A stretch of DNA of 25,384 bases from a virus (lineage: Duplodnaviria; Heunggongvirae; Uroviricota; Caudoviricetes). The DNA lies in IMG/VR virus record IMGVR_UViG_2718218100_000015; one strand, given 5' to 3'. Positions 9,566-18,465 of the stretch are shown in pieces. The position numbers and the translations under genes were made by a program. Numbering within the stretch: the first letter of the stretch is position 1; the number at the start of each line of letters is the position of its first letter. The notes under the pieces are model-generated. The model was not told where the DNA came from. It searched no databases and saw nothing but the letters and a program-made list of their open reading frames with translations.

Positions 9566-10198
9566 TTAAAAATATCTTGCTTTTTTATTTGGTTTTTCTG
9601 CTAAGGAGTTAGTATCATCTCTCTGAGTTAAAAGGAATTTAAATTCAGACTTTCTTTTTGTCTCCTCGCTAGGAATATCAGAAAGAATTAACGACTTCTC
9701 AGTTAACACTCTTAATTCATCAATATAAAAAAATTCAAAAACATTATTAAGATTAAATTTATGAAGAGTATTACTTAAGTTTGTTCTTACTTTAGCCTCT
9801 TTGAAATTCAACCTACCATAAAAGTATGATGAAAAACTCTTTTTAGACGAAGCACTTTTGGAAAAAACCATCAACAGATTAGCTTCACTAACATTTTCAA
9901 TGCTCGAATCATATAATCTGTAATGGGCGCTATCCTGAAGAGACCTCTCAATTGTCATTACCCTACCTTGAAAATTAAATTCCAGATAGGCTAAATCATA
10001 ACCTTGAGCATGATCGATATCTTTATTTTTTAGTTTTTCACTCCCTAATAAATATCGAATCAAATAATATATGTATGTTTTTCCAGAGTCAGAACCACCA
10101 TATAAAATAGTCAATTTAGAACCAAATTCAATTATAGCATCTAATTTATTGAATCCGGTTACCTTTATTTTTCTGAACGTAAAAAAATTGTCATTCAT
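9566..10198 (-). CDS. N-terminal Walker-A part of SMC/ABC-type ATPase (LmuB-like), terminated by in-frame TAA
   Basis: ATG at 10196-10198 (MNDNFFTFRKIKVTGF...), Walker A ILYGGSDSGKTY at residues 32-41; ends at TAA 9566-9568 with the reading frame continuing downstream. Confidence 0.55.
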   Translation of the reverse strand: MNDNFFTFRKIKVTGFNKLDAIIEFGSKLTILYGGSDSGKTYIYYLIRYLLGSEKLKNKDIDHAQGYDLAYLEFNFQGRVMTIERSLQDSAHYRLYDSSIENVSEANLLMVFSKSASSKKSFSSYFYGRLNFKEAKVRTNLSNTLHKFNLNNVFEFFYIDELRVLTEKSLILSDIPSEETKRKSEFKFLLTQRDDTNSLAEKPNKKARYF

Positions 10199-10649
10199 AA
10201 TTAAATTCCATATCATATTTGCCAATTTTATTTTTTATAATTGATTGCAACTGCTCATCAGGAATATCACTATATAACTTAACCACCAAATTTATATTAT
10301 GCTCCATCTGCGCAACATATTCATTATGTAGAGAATTTGTAAATGCATATGTTTTTTCAGAAGCTTTATATACAAAACCACGATGTGTATAAATTTTTGA
10401 GGCTAGTTCATAGCCTTGCAACAAAGCCAATGATTCTAAAACAATCTCTCGTTTTAGGGCTAACTGAGCATCTCTACGGGGTATTGGAGGATGAAGACTA
10501 ATCTCTTCAGGTAAAAAATCCTTAAGATTTACTAAAATAAAATCAAAACAAATAAGCCGTTCAAGGCTTAATGAAGAAGGATAAATAGCGACGAGCACTT
10601 TCGCCATTCGACATGCCACTTCTAAACTTGAATTATAAATTCTAACCAT
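10191..10649 (-). CDS. small hypothetical protein (152 aa) of the cargo operon (LmuC-like position)
   Basis: ATG at 10647-10649 overlaps the stop of the upstream ORF (TAATG); stop overlaps the start of the ATPase gene; no recognisable motif. Confidence 0.45.
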   Translation of the reverse strand: MVRIYNSSLEVACRMAKVLVAIYPSSLSLERLICFDFILVNLKDFLPEEISLHPPIPRRDAQLALKREIVLESLALLQGYELASKIYTHRGFVYKASEKTYAFTNSLHNEYVAQMEHNINLVVKLYSDIPDEQLQSIIKNKIGKYDMEFNYE

Positions 10650-11266
10650 TATCTCACCGTCCAAATTACTTCACCATCATTAACCAAATGATGGCATATT
10701 CCTTTTTTATCATTTGCTTCACATATTTTTGATAGTACTGAATGTGCAATTGGTGTCAGAACAGCCTGCTTCAAGACTGCATTACACCTAATAAATGCAT
10801 AATTATGGTCTTCATAAAAGACGGGTTCAATTGAAGATGAAATGTAACATTTCAATGCTTTGAATACATCATCTTTAAATACTTCGCGGACAAAAACCTC
10901 AAGCGAAGATGCAAAATAAAAATCATTTCTACTATTATTAAAGTGTCGTCTGTATGGATCATCAAGCTCTAAGAAAGAACTATAAGTTTTATTTCCATGC
11001 TCTGAATAGGCTTGAAGCAGTGCATTAACATATACAGACTCTTTTTTTGAATTGTATGTTGGAATTTCATTTGGAGGGATTCTCACGACATACAGCTCGT
11101 TAAAGTACTTAAAATAAAGGTGTGTATTTGCAATATCATTTAAAATCAATGATAAGGGTAGAGAGTAAAAAATACTAAAATCAAAATCCTCAATATATTT
11201 TTTTATTTCATCATCTAATGGAATATCAATCTTTTTAGTTATTTTTTTGAAATTGCTGAATCCCAT
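10649..11266 (-). CDS. C-terminal portion (205 aa) of putative effector; probably the same gene as 11239-11655 after a frameshift
   Basis: Overlaps the upstream ORF by 28 nt around an A7 run (T7 at 11242-11248 on the plus strand); the two frames differ by 1. Confidence 0.45.
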   Translation of the reverse strand: MGFSNFKKITKKIDIPLDDEIKKYIEDFDFSIFYSLPLSLILNDIANTHLYFKYFNELYVVRIPPNEIPTYNSKKESVYVNALLQAYSEHGNKTYSSFLELDDPYRRHFNNSRNDFYFASSLEVFVREVFKDDVFKALKCYISSSIEPVFYEDHNYAFIRCNAVLKQAVLTPIAHSVLSKICEANDKKGICHHLVNDGEVIWTVR

Positions 11267-11655
11267 GAATCAAGGACTGCTTTTTTAAGCTCGTTTTTAT
11301 TTTTCAATAAATTAGAAAATGTAGTAGATAAATCATAGGGTGCCACAAAAAAGTACTTCTGAGGGATGGGATAATCACCATTCAGAGTAAAATAGATAAG
11401 TTTTCCAAACTCAACTACAACATCAGAGAACCCTAAACTTTTTTTGTACAGTTTGCATTGATAATTATCCCAAGAATAACCTTCTACGTTAGGATCCGAT
11501 TTATATCCAACAACGTCTCTACCTTTATCTCCAGCTCCTCCCAAACGTTCGCTCCACGGGTAATCATCTGATTTACAGACAATAAGCCAATCATGGACAA
11601 ATACCTCCCATTGTTCATCATCCCATGTCAATATTTCCGAAAGTGGTTGAGACAC
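11239..11655 (-). CDS. N-terminal portion (138 aa) of putative effector with Mrr/Cap4-like PD-(D/E)xK nuclease signature
   Basis: GGAGDKGRDVVGY...NYQCKLYKK fits the D-x-G-x-D ... Q-x-K pattern of Mrr-type restriction-endonuclease folds; first gene after the integrase in the cargo slot. Confidence 0.5.
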   Translation of the reverse strand: MSQPLSEILTWDDEQWEVFVHDWLIVCKSDDYPWSERLGGAGDKGRDVVGYKSDPNVEGYSWDNYQCKLYKKSLGFSDVVVEFGKLIYFTLNGDYPIPQKYFFVAPYDLSTTFSNLLKNKNELKKAVLDSWDSAISKK

Positions 11656-11658
11656 AAA

Positions 11659-12840
11659 TTAACTCCTTTTTAGTCTTTCAAATATCAAATTACTGTACCA
11701 GTCCATCATAGACTTCCTTCCACTAAAATATTGAGCATGGTTATAAGTCCCCCTAATAGAATTTTTATCTACATGAGCCAACTGGATTTCAATCCAAGCA
11801 CTCTCAAAACCTTGCTCATGCAGGATTGTAGAAAGGGTATGACGAAAACCATGTCCAGTGACTTTTCCTCCATACCCAATACGCTTAATGGCTTGATTTA
11901 TACTCGCTTCGCTCATTGGCCTATTCGGATCGTTCCGCCCTGGAAAAACATAACGATAGTTCCCTGTCATGATCTTGAGTTCATTGAGTAAATCTACCGC
12001 TTGAGATGATAAGGGCACAAGATGTGGCCTACGCATTTTCATCCTTTCAGCAGGAATTTCCCAAATAGCGTTATCCAGATCAAATTCTTGCCATAATGCC
12101 GCGCGTAATTCGATGGTTCTCACACCCGTAATCATCAGTAATTTCGTGGCTATCTGGACAAGCTTACTCCCGGAGTAACCCTCTAAGGCACGTAGAAAAT
12201 CAGGTATCTCATCAGCTTTTAGGAATGGGAAATGATTGGATTGGTGTACTTCGAGAGCGCTGGAGAGCTCAGCCGCAGGATTGTACTCCGCCCTACCCGT
12301 TGCAATTGCGTAGCGAAACACTTCGGAGCAACGCTGCCGCACTTTGCGCATTTTCTCCAACGCACCACGTTTCTCAATTTTACGCAGAACGTTCAGCAGC
12401 TCTAGCGGTTTAATCTCTCCCACAGGCCTTGTTCCGACATAAGGAAAAATGTCGTTCTTAAACGCTTCCATGATGTCTGATGCATATCCCGCCGACCATT
12501 TAGCAGATTTAAGTTGATGCCACTCTCTGGCTATCTTTTCGAAGGCGTTCTCTGACTCTGTTTGCATAGCTAGCTTTTGCTCTTTTCGAACCTCACTAGG
12601 GTTCTTTCCTTCTGCCACAAGTTTTCGAGCTTCATCACGACGGGAACGAGCATCGGCAAGGGTGATCGTTGGGTAAACACCAAGCGAGATCATTTTGGGT
12701 TTGCCGGCATAGCGATAGCGGAACCGCCAACTCTTGCTTCCATTAGGTTCTATAAGTAATGACAACCCTAGCCCATCTCCAAATGTATAGGCTTTAGCTT
12801 CAGGCTTAGCGCGGCGAATCTGCATATCGTTTAAAGGCAT
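11659..12840 (-). CDS. int: P4-type tyrosine integrase (393 aa)
   Basis: ATG at 12838-12840 (MPLNDMQIRRAKPEAKAYTFGDG...); catalytic region HGFRHTLSTILHEQG ... IRGTYNH; lies 160 bp downstream of a tRNA-Thr 3' fragment in the same orientation. Confidence 0.9.
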   Translation of the reverse strand: MPLNDMQIRRAKPEAKAYTFGDGLGLSLLIEPNGSKSWRFRYRYAGKPKMISLGVYPTITLADARSRRDEARKLVAEGKNPSEVRKEQKLAMQTESENAFEKIAREWHQLKSAKWSAGYASDIMEAFKNDIFPYVGTRPVGEIKPLELLNVLRKIEKRGALEKMRKVRQRCSEVFRYAIATGRAEYNPAAELSSALEVHQSNHFPFLKADEIPDFLRALEGYSGSKLVQIATKLLMITGVRTIELRAALWQEFDLDNAIWEIPAERMKMRRPHLVPLSSQAVDLLNELKIMTGNYRYVFPGRNDPNRPMSEASINQAIKRIGYGGKVTGHGFRHTLSTILHEQGFESAWIEIQLAHVDKNSIRGTYNHAQYFSGRKSMMDWYSNLIFERLKRS

Positions 12841-13002
12841 GTGTATAGGAATCCAGACCGAACAGGAACATATACACAATCCTATACACATTCAGTACCG
12901 GATTCTACTGGATGGTTACGGACTACTATGGACTTAAAAGAATAAAAAATGTTATAAATCAGAGATTTTATGGACTAATACGGACGTTTGAGGAAGTTGA
13001 GA

Positions 13003-13048
13003 TGGTGCCGATAATAGGAGTCGAACCTACGACCTTCGCATTACGAAT
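13003..13048 (-). other. 3' fragment (about 46 nt) of tRNA-Thr(CGU), thrW-like; att-site remnant, 5' half absent
   Basis: Reverse complement reads ATTCGTAATGCGAAGGTCGTAGGTTCGACTCCTATTATCGGCACCA (anticodon loop through CCA end); sequence beyond 13048 does not continue as D-arm or acceptor stem. Confidence 0.75.
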
Positions 13049-13249
13049 TATAAGAATCCGCTTCTAATTCAAAGCATTACCCCATCAACACTGCGCTCAC
13101 ACGTCCCACCACATCAAAACATGTAAAGCCTTGCAAGCCATTGCGAGGCCTTATGTGTCTCAGTTTTGTCCCACCTTGTATTACGACTTGCATAGCCAAT
13201 GAAGATAAACGTGACGACAAACGGCGCAGCAGTCTTCTTTTCTTTCACG

Positions 13250-13795
13250 ACTTCTCCAGCATGCATACCTTTCTGCCATGACTGAAGTGAATGCCTGTTA
13301 TGAGCAAGGATTGGCCCAGATGAATCGCCCTGGACTGTTGCGATCGTGAAGCCATAGACTGGGCCGCAAGCACGGGAGGTTACGATAAAGCGACAGTGCA
13401 GGATGTCATGTTAGGAGCGATAGAAAAACGCTTTGGCGATAAAGTACCGGAACAGTCCATCCAGTGGCTGACAGATAACGGTTCAGCGTATAGAGCGCAT
13501 GAAACACGGCAGTTCGCCAGAGAGTTGAATCTGGAGCCCTGCACAACGGCAATCAGCAGTCCTCAGAGTAATGGAATTGCAGAAAGGTTCGTGAAAACGA
13601 TGAAGGAAGACTACATCGCGTTCATGCCGAAACCGAATGTAAGAACGGCATTGCATAATCTTGCAGTGGCGATCGAACATTACAATGAAAACCATCCGCA
13701 CAGTGCGTTGGGTTATCGCTCTCCGCGAGAATATCGACGTCAGCGGGTAACGTTAACTTAAGATACCCCCCCTGTCTGGAAATAAGGGGGCAAGA
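13250..13795 (+). mobile_element. IS2-group (IS3 family) insertion sequence remnant, right-end portion only
   Basis: Encodes a transposase C-terminus resembling IS2 OrfB; terminal sequence tgtctggaaataaggggg at about 13773-13792 resembles the IS2 right end; left boundary approximate. Confidence 0.6.
13321..13761 (+). pseudogene. IS2-like transposase OrfB, C-terminal fragment (DDE/rve domain tail)
   Basis: Frame reads [35 protein letters not shown]...[25 protein letters not shown]...[20 protein letters not shown]...[19 protein letters not shown]; upstream frame closed at 13321. Confidence 0.7.
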
Positions 13796-13802
13796 ACAAT
13801 GA

Positions 13803-14546
13803 TCAGATTCCCTGGTGAGTAAGAATTTTACTTTCTGAACTCCTCTGAGAGTATTGACTTGGAGAAACACCAAAATAACGTCTAAATACATAAGTAAAGT
13901 ATGAGACACTGGCATAACCACAGACCTTAGCTACTTTACTAATAGGATAACAACGAGTGCTGAGTAAATATTCAGCCATTTGCATCCTCTCATCAAGTAT
14001 GATCTTACTGAATGATACCCCCTCTTCTTTCAATTTCCTCTTTAGTAAACTTTCGCTGAGATATAATCTTGATGATATATCCTTAAGACGCCATGGTGCA
14101 GATAAATCCGTATGAATAATCGTTTTAACTTTAGCCCCTGTGCTTTTCAAACATCCAAACAGAAATACTCCAAATTGTTTTTCAGAAGAAAATGCAGAGA
14201 GACATGTAAAAGCAATAGACTCATCAAAAATTTCTATGTATTCAGCACAGTGATTAGCCCAACTAATTAATCCTTTAATTAAACTGAAGTCAGCAAAGTT
14301 TATTTTTAAATAAGATGGATATTCCCTACAATCAGAAATATCCCTTAAGTTATTAGCTTTCAAATAGCGACTAATAAACTCAGCGCCAAAATCCGCCACT
14401 ATCACTCTTTCAGGATATGTCAGGAAAAAATCTCTAGAGCTAGAGTCGACAAGTACAGATGAACCTCTCTCCAGAAACACACTCTCTTTTCCGAAATAAA
14501 CATCAAAGGACTCCAAAATCAATATAACTGAACATGTAGTTGCCAT
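13803..14546 (-). CDS. AraC-family transcriptional regulator (247 aa), AT-rich, Rns/AggR-like
   Basis: C-terminal HTH_AraC region LSESLLKRKLKEEGVSFSKIILDERMQMAEYLL...ISKVAKVCGYASVSYFTYVFRRYFGVSPSQY; low GC with a long AT-rich upstream region. Confidence 0.75.
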   Translation of the reverse strand: MATTCSVILILESFDVYFGKESVFLERGSSVLVDSSSRDFFLTYPERVIVADFGAEFISRYLKANNLRDISDCREYPSYLKINFADFSLIKGLISWANHCAEYIEIFDESIAFTCLSAFSSEKQFGVFLFGCLKSTGAKVKTIIHTDLSAPWRLKDISSRLYLSESLLKRKLKEEGVSFSKIILDERMQMAEYLLSTRCYPISKVAKVCGYASVSYFTYVFRRYFGVSPSQYSQRSSESKILTHQGI

Positions 14547-15128
14547 ATCATCCCCCCAATTTAACTGAAACCAGGATGAAGTATATGTATATAAAGTTCA
14601 CTTTGCCAAACTTCAGTATAAAAAACCACTAAAAATAGGGTGTGATAAAAAATACCGTAACAATAAAGCAAAGGATTATAAATTCCGTTACAGTTACAAA
14701 TGATACTCAAGAAACAATTCCTTAGGAAAAACTTATTTACAGCCAATAAGTAAGACACTTATATGATATCAAGTTTTCATAAAACATAACTAGGCTAAAT
14801 AGCTGCGCCTAATACCGCTACACTTTTGCCAGCCCATGTTTGCCTCCGGGTATTGACCCCTTCTCTACGCAACTTCAGTTCCCACCACCAACTTTGCGGC
14901 AGCTTTGTAGGATCAATGTCTAAAAGAATAATGGTGACCGATAAGAAAACGACTGAATAACTGCAGATTTTCGCTCAAAACCTTCCTGTCAGATCCATAG
15001 CGAATCAAGTGCTGAATGTCACAGTATCGAACAGAAAACAGTGACGATCTAACCCTTCAAGAATATTCTACGATTGTTCTGTTTAGGAAAAGCAAGACGG
15101 GAAGTCGGGAGATAAGTCATTGATAAAG

Positions 15129-15190
15129 TGGCGGAGAGAGGGGGATTTGAACCCCCGGTAGAGTTGCCCCTACTCCGGTTTTCGAGACCG
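15129..15190 (-). other. 3' fragment (about 62 nt) of tRNA-Ser(CGA), serU-like; att-site remnant, 5' part absent
   Basis: Reverse complement reads CGGTCTCGAAAACCGGAGTAGGGGCAACTCTACCGGGGGTTCAAATCCCCCTCTCTCCGCCA (anticodon loop, long variable arm, T-arm, CCA); upstream sequence does not continue as tRNA. Confidence 0.75.
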
Positions 15191-15273
15191 ACCCGATCAT
15201 CAAACGAAACATAAAATTAGCTCACATTATGAGGAAAGGTATCTTTTTGCGCTATGTAAATTCAAAGGGTTAG

Positions 15274-16143
<870 letters not shown>

Positions 16144-16200
16144 ATCTTCAAGTGGTAAGCATAAACCGCAGCACGATCTTGCATACGACGTGCTACGGTT

Positions 16201-16755
16201 TCATTTATCTCCGGCCGGAAACTTCTTATACAGTGTCGATACACCAACATCATAGATGATCGCTACCTTCTGGCGAGGAATTCCTGCTGCAATTAATCGT
16301 CCGGCCTGCGCCCATTGTTCTGGTGTAAGTTTGGGACGACGTCCACCAATTCGTCCCTGTGCGCGAGCAGCTTCCAGTCCAGCTTTTGTTCGTTCAACAA
16401 TCAGTTCTCGTTCCATTTCAGCCAGGGCCCCCATCACATGAAAGAAAAAGCGCCCCATTGGGGTACTGGTATCAATAGCATCCGTCAGGCTGCGAAAATT
16501 AACGCCACGTTCGCGCAACTCCTCAACCAGAATGACCAGATGCCGCATACTGCGCCCCAGCCGATCCAGTTTCCAGACAACCAGAGTGTCACCTGCCGAT
16601 AATGTCCTGAGCAGTTTTTTCAGTCCCGGCCTTTCGGACTTTGTACCGCTTATCTTGTCTTCAAAAATCAGCTCGCATCCTGCACAGTTCAGCGCATTAC
16701 GTTGTAGATCTGTGTTCTGGTCATTTGTTGACACACGTACATAGCCAATAAGCAT
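16201..16755 (-). CDS. pin: Pin/Hin/Gin-family serine DNA invertase (184 aa)
   Basis: MLIGYVRVSTNDQNTDLQRNAL... with catalytic Ser in VRVST and a C-terminal HTH; very close to e14 Pin as recalled; adjacent to the invertible segment. Confidence 0.9.
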   Translation of the reverse strand: MLIGYVRVSTNDQNTDLQRNALNCAGCELIFEDKISGTKSERPGLKKLLRTLSAGDTLVVWKLDRLGRSMRHLVILVEELRERGVNFRSLTDAIDTSTPMGRFFFHVMGALAEMERELIVERTKAGLEAARAQGRIGGRRPKLTPEQWAQAGRLIAAGIPRQKVAIIYDVGVSTLYKKFPAGDK

Positions 16756-16821
16756 GGTAGATCTCCCTGACAAAAGCAGGAATGATGCCATTTGCTCGTT
16801 ATTTCTGCATTTTCATAAACG

Positions 16822-16852
16822 TTGGTTTGGGAGAAGGTGCTCCAGCTATTGG
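16822..16852. repeat. left crossover site (inverted repeat) of the Pin invertible segment
   Basis: ttggtttgggagaaggtgctccagctattgg is the inverted complement of 18574-18603 with one single-base indel; lies 67 bp upstream of the pin start. Confidence 0.6.
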
Positions 16853-17067
16853 CGTTCCGTTCTTCTGGCGTCCGCTGCAATGCCAAATACTGTAATCGAC
16901 AGCTGGTCCTGTATGGTGTTTTGAAGTTCAACGGCGCGAAATTCTCTGCCACTGATTATCCTGTGCTGGCGAAAGTGTTTCCTTCGCTGGTATTACCTGA
17001 AGCCGCGGTGATTTCATTCGTATCTGGGATGACGGGCGAGGTGCAGACGGTGGTCGCGAATTATTAA
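16822..17067 (+). pseudogene. alternative tail-fibre C-terminal variable module (silent orientation)
   Basis: Frame starting inside the left crossover site encodes ...KFNGAKFSATDYPVLAKVFPSLVLPEAAV..., typical of a tail-fibre tip; would be joined to the constant part after inversion. Confidence 0.4.
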
Positions 17068-17284
17068 GCTGGCAGGCAGCTACAAACTTTTCTCAGTTTG
17101 CCGGAATATAGGCGAAGGTGCGGGACACGCAATTAACTTTCATGATGGCATCGCCGGAAATCAGCCAGGATTTTCACGATTTAATTTCACCAGTAACTCT
17201 GTGGGTGATGGTGTGAATTTTGTTGCAGTCAGACGCGAATATTGCATTTAACTTTCTGGTGAGGCTAAATAATGAAACCTGTTT

Positions 17285-17793
17285 TTGATGAAAATGGCTG
17301 GCTACAGTGCCGGGCGATATGCGTTGTTTTATTATGATGCTGAAACATCTGAGTATACGGGCTGGTCTGATGAATATATTAATACTGGCGTAAGTATGCC
17401 GCCTGTTCCACTGGTATTGACCTGGCGAAAACATTCGGGAAGAGTGGCAGTATTTACAGGTAAGGATGGAGCCATGAAGAAGACCATCGCAATGAGACTG
17501 TTTACTCAATCGAAATGGCGCAGCTGTTACAGTGGATTATATCGGTGCCATCAAAGACGGTTATGTCACGATTTCACCGTTAACGCCATACGATAAATGG
17601 ATGGTGAGAAATGGTGACAGACACTGAGGCACAACACAGTGCCGCAGTAGACGCGGCAGAAGCACAGCGCCAATCACTGATTGATGCAGCAATGGCTTCC
17701 ATTAGTCTGATTCAGCTGAAGTTACAGCCGGACGGAACTGACTCAGGCAGAACAACCCGACTTAACGCCGTGCTGGATTACATTGACGCGTGA
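17285..17793 (+). pseudogene. tail fibre assembly (Tfa-like) gene, frameshifted
   Basis: N-terminal ...FYYDAETSEYTGWSDEYINTG... and C-terminal ...EAQHSAAVDAAEAQRQSLIDAAMASISLIQLKL...TTRLNAVLDYIDA lie in different frames; the expected ...APD(V/I)IW... tail is in yet another frame downstream. Confidence 0.5.
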
Positions 17794-17835
17794 CGGCAAC
17801 AGATACCAGCACGCGCCGGATGTCATCTGGCTGAA

Positions 17836-18247
17836 CTGCCGGAGCGTAGGCCATTCAATATCTGGCGCACCGGAAGTATCGACCAGCTCCAGTGCGTCCA
17901 GATAATCCAGCCACAATTATATTGCGTCAGTTCGTCACCTTTCAGACGACCAATAGCCGCTTTACGGGCCATTGCTTACTGTTCATGTATTCGTTGGCCT
18001 GGTTAATTAGTAGCTGTCTTTCTGATTCAGTAATTTCAATAAGCTCTTCATGCGTGGTGAATATCTGCCACGCAGGCAGCCATCATCTCCGGCAATACGG
18101 ATTTTCCTTGTGCGGTTCAGCCATAAACTCACTGATAATATTTGATTACTTCCTTAGCGTCTGATAAATCCCATCCCTCTGATTATATTTATCAATCATA
18201 TCACAGGAAAAAGCATTATGCCTTGCGCTATAAACATATTCGTCCAT
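17836..18247 (-). pseudogene. second, convergent Tfa-like gene (minus strand), degenerate
   Basis: Manual minus-strand translation gives MDEYVYSARHNAF... from an ATG at 18245-18247 and a C-terminal WLDYLDALELVDTSGAPDIEWP at 17836-17913, with frame breaks between. Confidence 0.3.
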
Positions 18248-18465
18248 ATAAATCACCCTGAATAAAATTACTCACCACAGCCCACCAACTGTAATTCATC
18301 GATACCGTGTCGCTGGTTGATGACGTTCTGTAAGCAGAATTAAAGCGTTAACGTTGGCCTTCTGCAGTCATCACGAACCTCGCCAGCGCCTAAAGGCGCA
18401 CCGCCATCACCAGAATGAGTAAGCATGGCGCAGTCCGCTTTTTGGGAAAGGATGCTGAATGTAAT

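Larger units (their letters stand above)
1..13048. mobile_element. P4-like satellite prophage (right end at tRNA-Thr-derived att fragment; left end not identified in window)
   Basis: Collinear P4-type gene set: alpha primase-helicase 1765-4098, AlpA 5207-5467, Sid/Psu/Delta 6391-7969, P4-type integrase 11659-12840 directly downstream of a tRNA-Thr 3' fragment at 13003-13048; AT-rich cargo between delta and int. Confidence 0.7.

Noticed and set aside
13003-15190. Calling the two tRNA-like segments as tRNA genes
   Set aside because: Both lack the acceptor-stem 5' strand and D-arm (only 46 and 62 nt match), so they cannot fold into functional tRNAs; annotated as att-site remnants.
16256-16952. 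Plus-strand and alternate-frame ORFs overlapping pin and its upstream region
   Set aside because: Embedded in or antisense to the well-supported invertase gene and the crossover-site region.
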